From contig JAJNBD010000011.1 in assembly GCA_021156105.1 (NCBI GenBank), positions 48,654 through 112,653 on the forward strand: a stretch of 64,000 nt of DNA, in the 5' to 3' direction. The DNA is from Gammaproteobacteria bacterium. GTDB taxonomy: Bacteria > Pseudomonadota > Gammaproteobacteria > CAISUE01. Position 1 is the stretch's first letter. Each line of letters opens with the position of its first letter. The notes below the pieces were generated by a model, which saw only the letters and a list, made by a program, of their open reading frames with translations, made no database searches and was not told the DNA's origin. A program made the translations under genes and the position numbers. Below, piece by piece: positions 39,938 through 49,910 of this stretch.

Positions 39938-40107
39938 TCAAGCCTTAACAGCGTCAACAGCTAAAACAGCGGAATACATGGGCTCAAAATGATTCGGGTT
40001 TTACGATGAGACTTATCTAGCATAGCAATTCCTCTTAGCTAAGCAAATTCAATCATCAGCACTTGTGACGTTAACCAAGCTTTTATTGCCAAAATATCGT
40101 ATTCGAA

Positions 40108-41451
40108 TCATGATGGCTGAAAGCTTGGTTTTTCATCGACCTTAACATACTTTTCAAACATCTCTTGGTGATATTGCAACCATTCGGGGAAAAAAGTCTC
40201 AAGCATATCCATATCTAACAAAGCAGCAATTTCTGGATCAGTTTCCATAAGAAAAAGATTCTCAGCATCCATGCAGGCTTGTTGCCCCTGCTGATATTCT
40301 TTAGTAACAAAATCAAAAATATATTGAAAATCTTGGACAAAGCCAAATAGTTTTTCCAGGGAAGTATTAGCTTTAGAAAATCCACCATAGACTTCAAGCC
40401 CTTTTGGCGTCTCATTAACCGTGTGGATATCCTCAAAAATATATGGCTTATCACTGGTACCAAGATAAACTATTTCCTTGCGTTGTTTAATTTTCTGCAT
40501 TATCACCGTTGCTTTTTCCCCTGGAGATAAACGAACCAGGAATGTTCTCTCACGAGGCATATAGTTTTTAGCGGCTTGCGCATACTGCTTAATCTTTTCA
40601 ATCTCAGCTTTAGATAGCTCTTGCTTCTTAGTCTGCATGAGCCGTGCACAATCAATAATTCTTTTCTTACCCGCCATAATCGCTTGCTTTAACTGTTGTT
40701 TTTCGCTCAAGGTACTGAATGGCGCTTGTTTCTTTTCTGTCTCTTGGCAACTTAGCCGCCTTTTCTCTTTGGGATCATGCTTTGAATCACGTAATATTGT
40801 TTGAAATGCATGCCAAAATTCATGTTTGATGGAGGCCTTAATAGATGGTGATGAAAGGTGCTCGTACACCATTCCAATGATATTTTTCGCGCCGATATAT
40901 TTTCCTCCAAATTTAACAGGCTCACTTCCATCAACTGAGGCGGGTAATAAAGCAATAGAGAACGAAGGACAATCTAATACAAACTGAATGTACTCAGCTG
41001 AAAACGCTGATGTAGTCATTATCTCTTGAATCAACTTAGCTAATTTAACTTCAGATCCTTTGGGTACAAATAAAGGCTTAATGCGAGGCATTAATAAGTC
41101 GGCGATTTCAGCAGATAAAGCTGGCTGCTTAAGCGGATAACATGAAGAATCAAAAAAGCAAAATCTAGGCTTGTTTAACATTTGGGCGGGAAAGATACTG
41201 GCAGCTGGGGCCACTAAATCTGCCGCAAAGCCAACAGGCTCATTCATCGCCATGGCTTGGCCCCCTTGTGCCAGCTGCTGTGCTTTCACTGGAAAAGATT
41301 CGATAATTAACATGAGCATAAAAATCGAATAAAGAAATTTATGCGAGTCAGCAGAGTGCATAACAGGCCTCACGAAGCTTGTTAGAGCCGTGCTTTTTGG
41401 TAGATAAAGCTCAATTTTTTTCTGGTGTTTTTTAAAATCATCGATTGGCAT
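40108..41451 (-). CDS. Hypothetical protein with HExxH metalloprotease motif, candidate effector
   Basis: IKHEFWHAFQ; N-terminal hydrophobic segment; probable start MPIDDF. Confidence 0.6.
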   Translation of the reverse strand: MPIDDFKKHQKKIELYLPKSTALTSFVRPVMHSADSHKFLYSIFMLMLIIESFPVKAQQLAQGGQAMAMNEPVGFAADLVAPAASIFPAQMLNKPRFCFFDSSCYPLKQPALSAEIADLLMPRIKPLFVPKGSEVKLAKLIQEIMTTSAFSAEYIQFVLDCPSFSIALLPASVDGSEPVKFGGKYIGAKNIIGMVYEHLSSPSIKASIKHEFWHAFQTILRDSKHDPKEKRRLSCQETEKKQAPFSTLSEKQQLKQAIMAGKKRIIDCARLMQTKKQELSKAEIEKIKQYAQAAKNYMPRERTFLVRLSPGEKATVIMQKIKQRKEIVYLGTSDKPYIFEDIHTVNETPKGLEVYGGFSKANTSLEKLFGFVQDFQYIFDFVTKEYQQGQQACMDAENLFLMETDPEIAALLDMDMLETFFPEWLQYHQEMFEKYVKVDEKPSFQPS

Positions 41452-41665
41452 AATGTTATTTTTATATAAAAAATTCAAGCTATAATACCGTATTTTTTGA
41501 TAAATTAAAAATCTCTCGCAAAAAACCATCGCCCTACAAATTATGAACTTCGAGTCTGTATTTAACGAATCTTTTTTGTGAAGCGATCGATTATACAATC
41601 AAGCCACCATGACAAGCGCCTCATAAAATGCGATACTTAGACATTTCACCACTCATGAATTAGCT

Positions 41666-43720
41666 ATGGCGTTTGGGATTAACGATTTTAAACCTTTCAT
41701 CGACTGGATGCAGATGAATCCCGGCCTTTCTGCACTTGCTGTTTTCTGTATTTCATGTGCGGAGTCTTTAGCTATTGTTGGCCTTTTTATTCCTGGCACG
41801 ATTGTCATGCCAGCCATTGGCAGCATGATTGGCGCTGGCGTATTGCCCGCACACTGGATTATTTTGGCGGCTATTTTAGGTGCGATACTAGGCGATAATT
41901 TAAGCTATTGGCTTGGGTACTATTTTCACAAACGTATACGCAATATTTGGCCCTTTAATCATTTTCCTAAGCTATTATCCAATGGCGAAATATTTTTTAA
42001 TCGCTATGGTGGTTTAAGTGTCTTTATTGGACGCTTTGCAGGACCTGTACGTCCTATTATTCCCGTAGTTGCCGGCATGCTGAACATGCCACCTTTAAAT
42101 TTTTTTATTGCCAATATCACTTCCGCAATTGCTTGGGCCGTCATTTATATGGCGCCTGGTATACTTCTTGGGGCGATTTCAGAACAACTTGCCCCTCATG
42201 TTGCCGCAAGACTACTCGTTATTTTAGCTATTATCACTTTTTTAGTTTGGTTGTGTTGTTGGCTTTTAAACAAAGCCTGGAACCATACATATCGCGCCAT
42301 TGAGCGTTTTAGTATGCACTGGTGGCTTTATCTTGTTGATCGTTTTTCGTTTGTGCAATTTTTTATTCACGGTAATCGACGCAATAATCCAAAACCTTTA
42401 TCTATTTTCTTCTTTTTTACTTTTTTCACCATTTTATTGGCGGCCACCAGCTTTTCAGTCGCCCATCAAGGCTTAATAACCTTATTAAACTGGCCCGTTT
42501 TCTTTTTTTGCCGCAGCATTCAAATCTTTCCCTTAGACATTTTAATGGCTTATGTCTTTAACATGACACATGCAGTGACGCTTACTTGTGTTTGCCTTAG
42601 TGTACTTGCCGCTTTATTTTTTCAGCATGCTTGGCGTGCTAGCTTATTTTGGCTGCTGAATATTTTTCTTGCTTTTTGTCTTTCGGTAGTGATCCAGCTT
42701 GTGATGAAAGCCTCTCCACCTGATCCACATAGCAGCTTTTATGCGATTTATTCTTATCCAAGTGTCCACCTGGCCGTATTTACGGCCATGGTTGGCAATT
42801 TCATGATGTTTACTTATTACAATCCTGTTTGGCTGAAGTATAAGAAATATATTGTTTTGGGCTTACTTGCCTTAATTGCTTGTGCGTCGGTTCCTTTATT
42901 GTATTTTGGCTTTAACTGGTTAAGCGATTGCATTGCATCCTTTGCTTGTGGCTGCCTTACCACCTGGCTAAGCATCTTATTTTTCTACCGAAAATCTCAA
43001 CCCATTGAGACTCGGCCATTAGTTTTCATCGCATTTACCACTTTGCTTGTTGCTATGTTTTCAATTGGTATTACCAATACAACTCACTTTTTAGAGCGCT
43101 TAGAAAAACCCGCCTTTTCTTTAAATTACTCTCTTGATAATTGGTGGCAGAAAAACAGTCTCCCTATTCCTTTTTCACGAACTAACTTTTTAGGCACACA
43201 GTCTGAATTACTCACCGTTCAGTATGCTGGCAATTTGCAAGTCTTAATTAAAACCTTAGAGAAGCAAGGCTGGGTAATTGCCCCAAAAGCTAATTTAGCA
43301 GTTATCTTGAATAGAATTGGTGCCAAAGACCGCTCTCAGCAACTCCCCCTCTTCCCTGATCTTTATCAAGCACAAAAACCTGTGCTCATCATGACAAAAT
43401 TATTAGCAGAAAATCATCAAATGCTTATTTTGCGCTTATGGTCAAGCCAGATTCTATTACACCCTAAAAATGTTCCACTTTGGGTCGGCACGTTAAAGTT
43501 TCATCAAACTTGGCATTGGCACAAATCAGTCGCTGCTTCTCCGGAAGCCAATATATCGCCAACATCGGTTTTGGTAAATGATTTGCCTCGCTTCAAGAGC
43601 CTCCAAACTCAAACGGATCAATCCTTATGCCATAACGATAGCTGCCAAGCAGATATTTTAAAATTAATGACCCTACAAAAAAATCCTTTACCCGATGATT
43701 TGGATGATGATGACCAATGA
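41666..43720 (+). CDS. DedA/VTT + PAP2-like + LssY C-terminal domain membrane protein
   Basis: AESLAIVGLFIPG, GAILGDNLSYWLG, FIGRFAGPVRP; degenerate PAP2 SYPSVH...WLSD; C-terminal LRLW..LWVG as in Legionella LssY. Confidence 0.8.
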   Translation: MAFGINDFKPFIDWMQMNPGLSALAVFCISCAESLAIVGLFIPGTIVMPAIGSMIGAGVLPAHWIILAAILGAILGDNLSYWLGYYFHKRIRNIWPFNHFPKLLSNGEIFFNRYGGLSVFIGRFAGPVRPIIPVVAGMLNMPPLNFFIANITSAIAWAVIYMAPGILLGAISEQLAPHVAARLLVILAIITFLVWLCCWLLNKAWNHTYRAIERFSMHWWLYLVDRFSFVQFFIHGNRRNNPKPLSIFFFFTFFTILLAATSFSVAHQGLITLLNWPVFFFCRSIQIFPLDILMAYVFNMTHAVTLTCVCLSVLAALFFQHAWRASLFWLLNIFLAFCLSVVIQLVMKASPPDPHSSFYAIYSYPSVHLAVFTAMVGNFMMFTYYNPVWLKYKKYIVLGLLALIACASVPLLYFGFNWLSDCIASFACGCLTTWLSILFFYRKSQPIETRPLVFIAFTTLLVAMFSIGITNTTHFLERLEKPAFSLNYSLDNWWQKNSLPIPFSRTNFLGTQSELLTVQYAGNLQVLIKTLEKQGWVIAPKANLAVILNRIGAKDRSQQLPLFPDLYQAQKPVLIMTKLLAENHQMLILRLWSSQILLHPKNVPLWVGTLKFHQTWHWHKSVAASPEANISPTSVLVNDLPRFKSLQTQTDQSLCHNDSCQADILKLMTLQKNPLPDDLDDDDQ

Positions 43721-44370
43721 TTTCCCACATACTTTTTGATTTAGATGGCACCTTGCTTGATAGCGCAAAAGACTTGCATGCCTGCTTATGCAAAGTTTTA
43801 GCAGCACATAACCAACCCAATATTAGCCTTGAAACTGTTCAATTACACCTTAATGTCGGTGCGGTAGGATTTTTAAAACTAGCCTTTGGCGACAATATAA
43901 CGCCCGAAAAGTTAGAGGCTTTACGCGAAGAGTTTTTACAATATTATGAAGACTTAATTTTTGAAGGCCAGGCGCACTTTTTTCCTGGCACCATAGAAAT
44001 GCTTAATCAGTTAGAAGCAAAAAACCTAAGCTGGGGAATTGTCACGAATAAACGTGAACGCTTTACTCGCCCCATTCTAAAAAATTTAGGCTTATTAGAT
44101 AAAGCTTCTGTGGTTATCTGTGCCGACCATGTTAAGCAAACTAAGCCAGCCCCTGAGCCGCTTCACTTAGCCTGCGAAACACTTAAAATAAATATTAAAG
44201 ACTGCTGCTATGTTGGCGACAGCTTAGCTGATATGTTAGCCGCAAAAGCAGCGCCAATGCCTGGTTTGCTCGCACTTTGGGGTTATTGGCGCTATTTACA
44301 ATATCCTATTCAAGGCTGGCCAAATGCTTCAATTCTGCACCAGCCAGATGATTTACTTGTTTGGTTATGA
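43717..44370 (+). CDS. HAD phosphatase, phosphoglycolate phosphatase-like
   Basis: FDLDGTLLDS, WGIVTNK, KPAPEP, YVGDS..D. Confidence 0.88.
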   Translation: MISHILFDLDGTLLDSAKDLHACLCKVLAAHNQPNISLETVQLHLNVGAVGFLKLAFGDNITPEKLEALREEFLQYYEDLIFEGQAHFFPGTIEMLNQLEAKNLSWGIVTNKRERFTRPILKNLGLLDKASVVICADHVKQTKPAPEPLHLACETLKINIKDCCYVGDSLADMLAAKAAPMPGLLALWGYWRYLQYPIQGWPNASILHQPDDLLVWL

Positions 44371-44844
44371 CCTTTGTAAATCTTTTCGATAGCCAAGCAT
44401 CCACAGAATTTCAATAACGACAAATAACGGCGCGGTAAAAACCTGCGACAAATTATCCATCAATGCAGGTTTACGCCCTTCAAAGGCATGGCCAATAAAT
44501 TGAATAATCCAGCCCATGACAAAGCAAATTAAAAACAACCATAATGAAAGCAACGTTGCACCATCTAAAGTCAGCCAAGTCGTTACCAAAGCCATTAAAC
44601 AAAACCCTAGCGAAATACCTGCACCTAACTTCCAATCTAGGCGGATATAATAAATGCCAATGGCAATCACTAATGGCCAGACTAAAGGCAATGAAAATAA
44701 AGGTGGTATGCTCAAGCGTATCCAACTAAAAAATATCATAATGGAAAAAACCACTAATGGTACACCAACAACATGCGTGTATAGCGTACTGCGCTTAGTG
44801 TGGTAGGCACCATAAGATTTTAAAAGTCCTGATAAACTTTGCAT
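44365..44844 (-). CDS. Mpo1-like (DUF962) membrane protein
   Basis: Y..YH.....H.VGVP, GWIIQFIGH.FEGRKPAL.D. Confidence 0.88.
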   Translation of the reverse strand: MQSLSGLLKSYGAYHTKRSTLYTHVVGVPLVVFSIMIFFSWIRLSIPPLFSLPLVWPLVIAIGIYYIRLDWKLGAGISLGFCLMALVTTWLTLDGATLLSLWLFLICFVMGWIIQFIGHAFEGRKPALMDNLSQVFTAPLFVVIEILWMLGYRKDLQRS

Positions 44845-45008
44845 ACCCTCATCCTTTCATCTTATCACTCTTAGAAAAGAATGATACCATTTTTAGCTGA
44901 AAACAATGCATTATGAGGAAAGTCGAAATGAGTGCATATGCCCAGCTCCAGCTGACGTCAACGACGAACTGCTGACGCCAGCTGGAATGTGCGATACATA
45001 TCTTGAGA

Positions 45009-45602
45009 CTATAACATGACACAGCCGCGATAAGGCTCTTCAGCATGAGGTTCTTCAGCACGCTGAGGCTTTGCAGCGACTCTTGCCTTCATAGTTGGTA
45101 TTTGCCGCTCACCATCTGCAATCGCGTGTTTTTCTTGAGTTATAGGCAATTCGCGTTCAGCTTGGCCTGTATATTCAACTGCGTGACGCAACAGTTCGTA
45201 TAGATCTTTTCGCGCAATCATGCTACTAGACGCAAACGCATCAAAGTGGAGCCCCTTCTCTTGGATAGTAATCCCAAGATTATTTAAAAGAGCATTTATG
45301 TCATCTTCCTTCTTACCACAAAGAGGAAGCCTTAACTTGAATACTATGTGGTGTTCCACAAGTCCATCACAGCCAAGCCTGCGTCTCATAGGTCTGCGCA
45401 ATTCATTTATGTTGTCACCAACATCAATGAAGCATAAGTTTGTAGGGTAATGGCCATTTAATATTTTTACTGGGTCAATCCAAGTGCCAGGCCTTTCTAA
45501 AGTTGCAATAATAACGCTATACTTGTCTGTTGTTTCCTTGGACGCCGGCGTAAAAAACCTTTTTTGTGTTCCTAGTGGCAGAACCATTAGAATGTACCTC
45601 AT
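45009..45602 (-). CDS. Orphan protein with C-terminal CaaX motif (CVML), candidate effector
   Basis: 197 aa, ends AEEPHAEEPYRGCVML; PmrA-like box upstream. Confidence 0.65.
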   Translation of the reverse strand: MRYILMVLPLGTQKRFFTPASKETTDKYSVIIATLERPGTWIDPVKILNGHYPTNLCFIDVGDNINELRRPMRRRLGCDGLVEHHIVFKLRLPLCGKKEDDINALLNNLGITIQEKGLHFDAFASSSMIARKDLYELLRHAVEYTGQAERELPITQEKHAIADGERQIPTMKARVAAKPQRAEEPHAEEPYRGCVML

Positions 45603-45623
45603 TTTTTAAATAAATAATGTCAA

Positions 45624-45657
45624 ATAATATCAATTAACAGCTTAAGATATGCTTAAG
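45624..45657 (-). promoter_or_regulatory. PmrA-type tandem box plus -10 element upstream of the CVML protein gene
   Basis: Minus strand reads CTTAAGCAT-AT-CTTAAGCTG-N8-TATTAT, matching the Legionella/Coxiella cTTAA-N7-TTAA architecture. Confidence 0.6.
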
Positions 45658-45701
45658 CTCTTATTTTCTGCATCAAGCGTTGCTCTATGCGGTATAAAAA
45701 C

Positions 45702-45793
45702 TTTGCTGCAGGCTGGATTAAGCAGCGAAGCTGCATATCCGGCATCGATAATCGGATACAACGCTCTCGCGCTTTAATCCAGCCTACAGCAAA
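45702..45793. repeat. Inverted GTAG-type REP dimer (REPIN-like) upstream of dnaK
   Basis: tttgctgcaggctggattaa ... ttaatccagcctacagcaaa, 20-bp arms with 1 mismatch and inner hairpins. Confidence 0.75.
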
Positions 45794-45842
45794 TTTTCCC
45801 AATCATTTTAATAAAACCTCTTTTGGAAGCTTAAACAAAGCC

Positions 45843-45870
45843 CTTGAAATCCCAATCTCAATCCCCATAT
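45843..45870 (+). promoter_or_regulatory. Sigma32 (RpoH) promoter of dnaK
   Basis: CTTGAAA-N13-CCCCATAT, 33 nt upstream of the dnaK ATG. Confidence 0.9.
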
Positions 45871-45903
45871 TATTTTTAGTCAATTAAATTTGAGGAAAAA
45901 ATC

Positions 45904-47829
45904 ATGGGAAGCCCAATTATCGGTATCGACTTAGGTACCACCAACTCTTGTGTTGCTATCATGCAAGGTGGTTCACCAAAAGTTATTGAAAATAGCGAAG
46001 GTAACCGCACAACACCTTCTATTGTCGCTTATCTTGAAGATGGCGAAGTCTTGGTTGGCCAAGTAGCTAAACGTCAAGCGGTAACTAATCCAAAACGTAC
46101 ACTTTATGCAATCAAACGTTTGATCGGTCGTAAATTTACCGATGATGTGGTTCAGCGCGACATTAAAATGGTACCTTACCAAATTATTGCCGCCGATAAT
46201 GGCGATGCCTGGGTACAAGTAGGCGACCAAAAATTAGCGCCACAACAGGTTTCCGCACAAGTTCTCATGAAAATGAAAAAAACTGCTGAAGACTACCTAG
46301 GCCATAAAGTCACTGAAGCAGTAATTACCGTTCCTGCTTATTTTAACGACGCGCAACGTCAAGCAACCAAAGACGCTGGCCGTATCGCTGGTTTAGATGT
46401 TAAACGTATCATTAACGAGCCTACGGCTGCAGCATTGGCTTATGGTCTTGATAAGAAAAAAGGCGATTCTGTCATTGCCGTATACGACTTAGGTGGTGGT
46501 ACTTTTGACGTATCTATCATTGAAATTGCTGAAGTTGATGGCGAACATCAATTCGAAGTATTAGCAACTAACGGTGATACTTTCTTAGGCGGTGAAGACT
46601 TTGACATGCGCTTAATTGACTTCTTGGTAGAAGAATTCAAAAAAGACAGTGGTGTTGATTTGCGTAATGACCCACTTGCCTTGCAACGCCTTAAAGAAGC
46701 CGCAGAAAAAGCTAAAATTGAGCTTTCTTCTGCTCAACAAACCGACATTAACTTGCCTTACATCACAGCCGATGCTTCAGGTCCAAAACACTTAAACATT
46801 AAAATCACGCGCGCAAAATTTGAAGCGTTAGTAGAAGATTTAATTAAGCGTACCATTGAGCCTTGCAAAATTGCCTTGAAAGATGCTGGCAAGTCTGTTG
46901 ATCAAATTAATGAAGTGATTTTGGTTGGCGGTCAATCCCGTATGCCAAAAGTGCAAGAAGAAGTACAAAAATTCTTTGGCAAAGAGCCTCGTAAAGACGT
47001 TAACCCAGATGAAGCAGTTGCTATTGGTGCAGCAGTTCAAGGTGGCGTATTATCAGGCGATGTAAAAGACGTACTCTTGCTTGACGTCACCCCGCTTTCT
47101 TTAGGAATTGAAACCATGGGTGGCGTGATGACCAAAATCATCGACAAAAATACGACTATCCCAACAAAAGCAAGCCAAACGTTCTCAACAGCAGATGATA
47201 ATCAAGCGGCGGTCACCATTCATGTATTACAAGGTGAACGAGAAATGGCATCTGCCAATAAATCTTTAGGTCGCTTTGACTTAGCCGATATCGCACCCGC
47301 ACCCCGTGGCGTACCCCAAATCGAAGTAACCTTCGACATTGATGCTAACGGTATCTTGCACGTTTCTGCAAAAAATAAAGCAACGGGTAAAGAGCAATCG
47401 ATTGTAATCCGCGCATCTTCTGGCTTATCTGAAGAAGAAATTCAAAAGATGGTGAAAGATGCTGAAGCCCACAAAGAAGAAGATCGCAAATTCCATGAAC
47501 TGGTAACTGCACGTAACCAAGGTGATGCTATGGTTCACGCAACGATCAAAGCTTTAGCGGATGCGGGAGATAAAATCCCTGCTGATGAAAAAGCCAAAAT
47601 TGAAGCAGCGATTAATGAGTTAAAAGAAGCTGTTAAGGGCGATGATAAAGCGGCAATTGAAGCTAAGACACAAGCTTTAGCTGCTGCTTCTGGCAAATTA
47701 ACTGAATTCTTACAAGCTCAAGCAGGCGGTCAACAAGCCCAAGGTGGCCCAACTGAAGACGCAGGCTCAAGCAGCAAAAAAGGCGGTGATGATGTTGTTG
47801 ACGCCGAATTCGAAGAAGTGAAGAAATAA
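45904..47829 (+). CDS. dnaK: Chaperone DnaK
   Basis: [35 protein letters not shown]-terminal DAEFEEV. Confidence 0.99.
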   Translation: MGSPIIGIDLGTTNSCVAIMQGGSPKVIENSEGNRTTPSIVAYLEDGEVLVGQVAKRQAVTNPKRTLYAIKRLIGRKFTDDVVQRDIKMVPYQIIAADNGDAWVQVGDQKLAPQQVSAQVLMKMKKTAEDYLGHKVTEAVITVPAYFNDAQRQATKDAGRIAGLDVKRIINEPTAAALAYGLDKKKGDSVIAVYDLGGGTFDVSIIEIAEVDGEHQFEVLATNGDTFLGGEDFDMRLIDFLVEEFKKDSGVDLRNDPLALQRLKEAAEKAKIELSSAQQTDINLPYITADASGPKHLNIKITRAKFEALVEDLIKRTIEPCKIALKDAGKSVDQINEVILVGGQSRMPKVQEEVQKFFGKEPRKDVNPDEAVAIGAAVQGGVLSGDVKDVLLLDVTPLSLGIETMGGVMTKIIDKNTTIPTKASQTFSTADDNQAAVTIHVLQGEREMASANKSLGRFDLADIAPAPRGVPQIEVTFDIDANGILHVSAKNKATGKEQSIVIRASSGLSEEEIQKMVKDAEAHKEEDRKFHELVTARNQGDAMVHATIKALADAGDKIPADEKAKIEAAINELKEAVKGDDKAAIEAKTQALAAASGKLTEFLQAQAGGQQAQGGPTEDAGSSSKKGGDDVVDAEFEEVKK

Positions 47830-47834
47830 AATGA

Positions 47835-47956
47835 GCCCCCCTCTCCCCATCAGGGAGAGGGGCTTGGAGTGAGGGAGAGAACGTATCAAAATGCAAAGTG
47901 GTAGCGTCGTCCCCTTACCCGGCGCTTTGCGCCACCCTTTCCCCACGCGGAGAGGG
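47835..47956. repeat. Two BoxC-like palindromic units between dnaK and dnaJ
   Basis: ccctctccccatcagggagaggggcttggagtgaggg and ccccttacccggcgctttgcgccaccctttccccacgcggagaggg. Confidence 0.75.
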
Positions 47957-47976
47957 AATTTTGTAAAGAGAATTTT

Positions 47977-49089
47977 ATGCCACGCGATTACTACGAAATT
48001 TTAGGCGTTTCAAAAAGCGCCCCCTCAGATGAAATAAAAAAAGCTTTCCGCAAGCTTGCGATGAAATACCACCCTGACCGTAATGCAGGTGAAGCAAGCC
48101 CAGAAGCAGAAGCAAAGTTTAAAGAAGCCAAAGAAGCTTATGACGTATTAATGGATGATCAAAAGCGCAGCCTATATGATCGTTTTGGCCATGAAGGGGT
48201 AAAAGGCAGTGCTGGTGGTGGTTTTGGTGGCGGTAGCGCATTTGATATTTTTGGCGATATTTTTGGTGATATTTTTGGCGGAGGACGAGCCCAGTCGCAT
48301 GCACAACGTGGCGCCGATTTGCTCTACCAATTAACCTTAACTTTAGAAGAAGCTGCACTTGGCTGTACAAAAGAAATTGAAATACCTAAGCACGCTACCT
48401 GTAAAACTTGTGAGGGTAGCGGCGCCAAAAAAGGCACCAGCCCTATTACTTGCAAAACTTGCGAAGGCTATGGCCAAGTACGCATGCAACAAGGCTTTTT
48501 CTCGATTCAACAAACTTGTCCCGATTGTCATGGCAATGGGAAAATTATTAAAGACAAATGCTCCGATTGCCGAGGGCATGGCGTTGTAAAAATTAAGAAA
48601 ACCCTGAACGTCAAAATTCCGCCAGCGATTGACACTGGTGAAAGAATTCGTTTAACGGGTGAAGGCGAAGCAGGCTTACGCGGCGCGCCTGCGGGTGATT
48701 TGTATATTCAAGCGAATATTAGCCAACACCCTATTTTCCAGCGTGATGCATTAGACTTATTGTGTGAAGTTCCCATCAGCTTTGCTACCGCAGCCATTGG
48801 CGGTGAAATCGAAGTCCCAACGCTCGAAGGCAAAGCCACTTTAAAAGTGCCAGCAGAAACGCAAACCGGTAAAACTTTCCGTATTAAAGGTAAAGGCATC
48901 CACAGCCCACGCCATAATCATACCGGTGATCTTTTCTGCCGCATCCATGTTGAAACGCCGGTTAATTTAACCAGTGGGCAAAAGAAACTTTTAACAGAAC
49001 TGGAACAAAGCTTCAAAAAAGCGGATAATAAACACATGCCTAAGCAGTCAAGCTGGATAGAGGCGATGAAAAAATTCCTTAAAAAGTGA
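47977..49089 (+). CDS. dnaJ: Chaperone DnaJ
   Basis: J-domain HPD, G/F region, four CxxCxGxG repeats. Confidence 0.98.
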   Translation: MPRDYYEILGVSKSAPSDEIKKAFRKLAMKYHPDRNAGEASPEAEAKFKEAKEAYDVLMDDQKRSLYDRFGHEGVKGSAGGGFGGGSAFDIFGDIFGDIFGGGRAQSHAQRGADLLYQLTLTLEEAALGCTKEIEIPKHATCKTCEGSGAKKGTSPITCKTCEGYGQVRMQQGFFSIQQTCPDCHGNGKIIKDKCSDCRGHGVVKIKKTLNVKIPPAIDTGERIRLTGEGEAGLRGAPAGDLYIQANISQHPIFQRDALDLLCEVPISFATAAIGGEIEVPTLEGKATLKVPAETQTGKTFRIKGKGIHSPRHNHTGDLFCRIHVETPVNLTSGQKKLLTELEQSFKKADNKHMPKQSSWIEAMKKFLKK

Positions 49090-49111
49090 CCTCTTTTGGA
49101 AAAAAGAGGTT
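49089..49111. terminator. Hairpin directly after dnaJ
   Basis: acctctttt-ggaa-aaaagaggt. Confidence 0.4.
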
Positions 49112-49179
49112 GAAGAACAAAATGAGGCAAAATAACTCAAGCCCCAAGAAGAAATAGATTTAATTAAAAAGGACATTTT

Positions 49180-49395
49180 ATGGTATTTGAAATACTTCCG
49201 GCCCTAACCGCTGGATTAACAACAATTATCAGCGTTGGGCTCGCACTGATTATTTTAAAAGTTTTGAAAGTACCTCACGGCGGCTTTCCTTGGTATGCTT
49301 TATTTTTTATGATGATTTTTTGTCTACAGTATCCCGTAGACATTTATTTAAAGCCGTTAATCCATCAACAATTAGCTGAACATATAGCGAAATAA
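49180..49395 (+). CDS. Small two-TM membrane protein
   Basis: RBS aagga; two hydrophobic helices; 4 nt from greA. Confidence 0.65.
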   Translation: MVFEILPALTAGLTTIISVGLALIILKVLKVPHGGFPWYALFFMMIFCLQYPVDIYLKPLIHQQLAEHIAK

Positions 49396-49399
49396 TTTT

Positions 49400-49873
49400 A
49401 TGCAAAAAATTCCTATGACGCTGCAAGGCGCTGAAAAACTTAAAAATGAACTTGCTCATTTAAAATCTGTTGAACGTCCTGCGATTATACAAGCCATTAG
49501 TGAAGCTCGTGCCCATGGTGATTTAAAAGAAAATGCTGAATACCATGCCGCTAAAGAAAAACAAAGCTTTATTGAAGGCAGAATTCAAGAAATTGAAGCC
49601 AAAATCTCTAATGCACAAATCATCGATATTTCAAAAATCCCTAATGAAGGAAAAGTCATCTTTGGTGCTGTTGTCACCTTATCAAACCTAGATAGCGGCG
49701 AAACGGTTAGCTATCAGATTGTTGGTGATGATGAAGCGGACATTAAAGCTAAAAAACTTTCTTATAATGCTCCCATTGCACGCGCCATGGTTGGTAAATC
49801 TGAAGGTGATACCATTAGCGCACAAACCCCCGCAGGCGAAGTTGAATATGAGATTATGGAAGTAAAATACTAA
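49400..49873 (+). CDS. greA: Transcription elongation factor GreA
   Basis: [26 protein letters not shown]. Confidence 0.97.
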   Translation: MQKIPMTLQGAEKLKNELAHLKSVERPAIIQAISEARAHGDLKENAEYHAAKEKQSFIEGRIQEIEAKISNAQIIDISKIPNEGKVIFGAVVTLSNLDSGETVSYQIVGDDEADIKAKKLSYNAPIARAMVGKSEGDTISAQTPAGEVEYEIMEVKY

Positions 49874-49910
49874 ACCATTTAAACGGAATTTAATAAGCCA
49901 CATCTATATC

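Noticed and set aside
39938-40107. Possible ncRNA in the convergent intergenic gap
   Set aside because: No recognisable family motif or convincing stem structure by eye.
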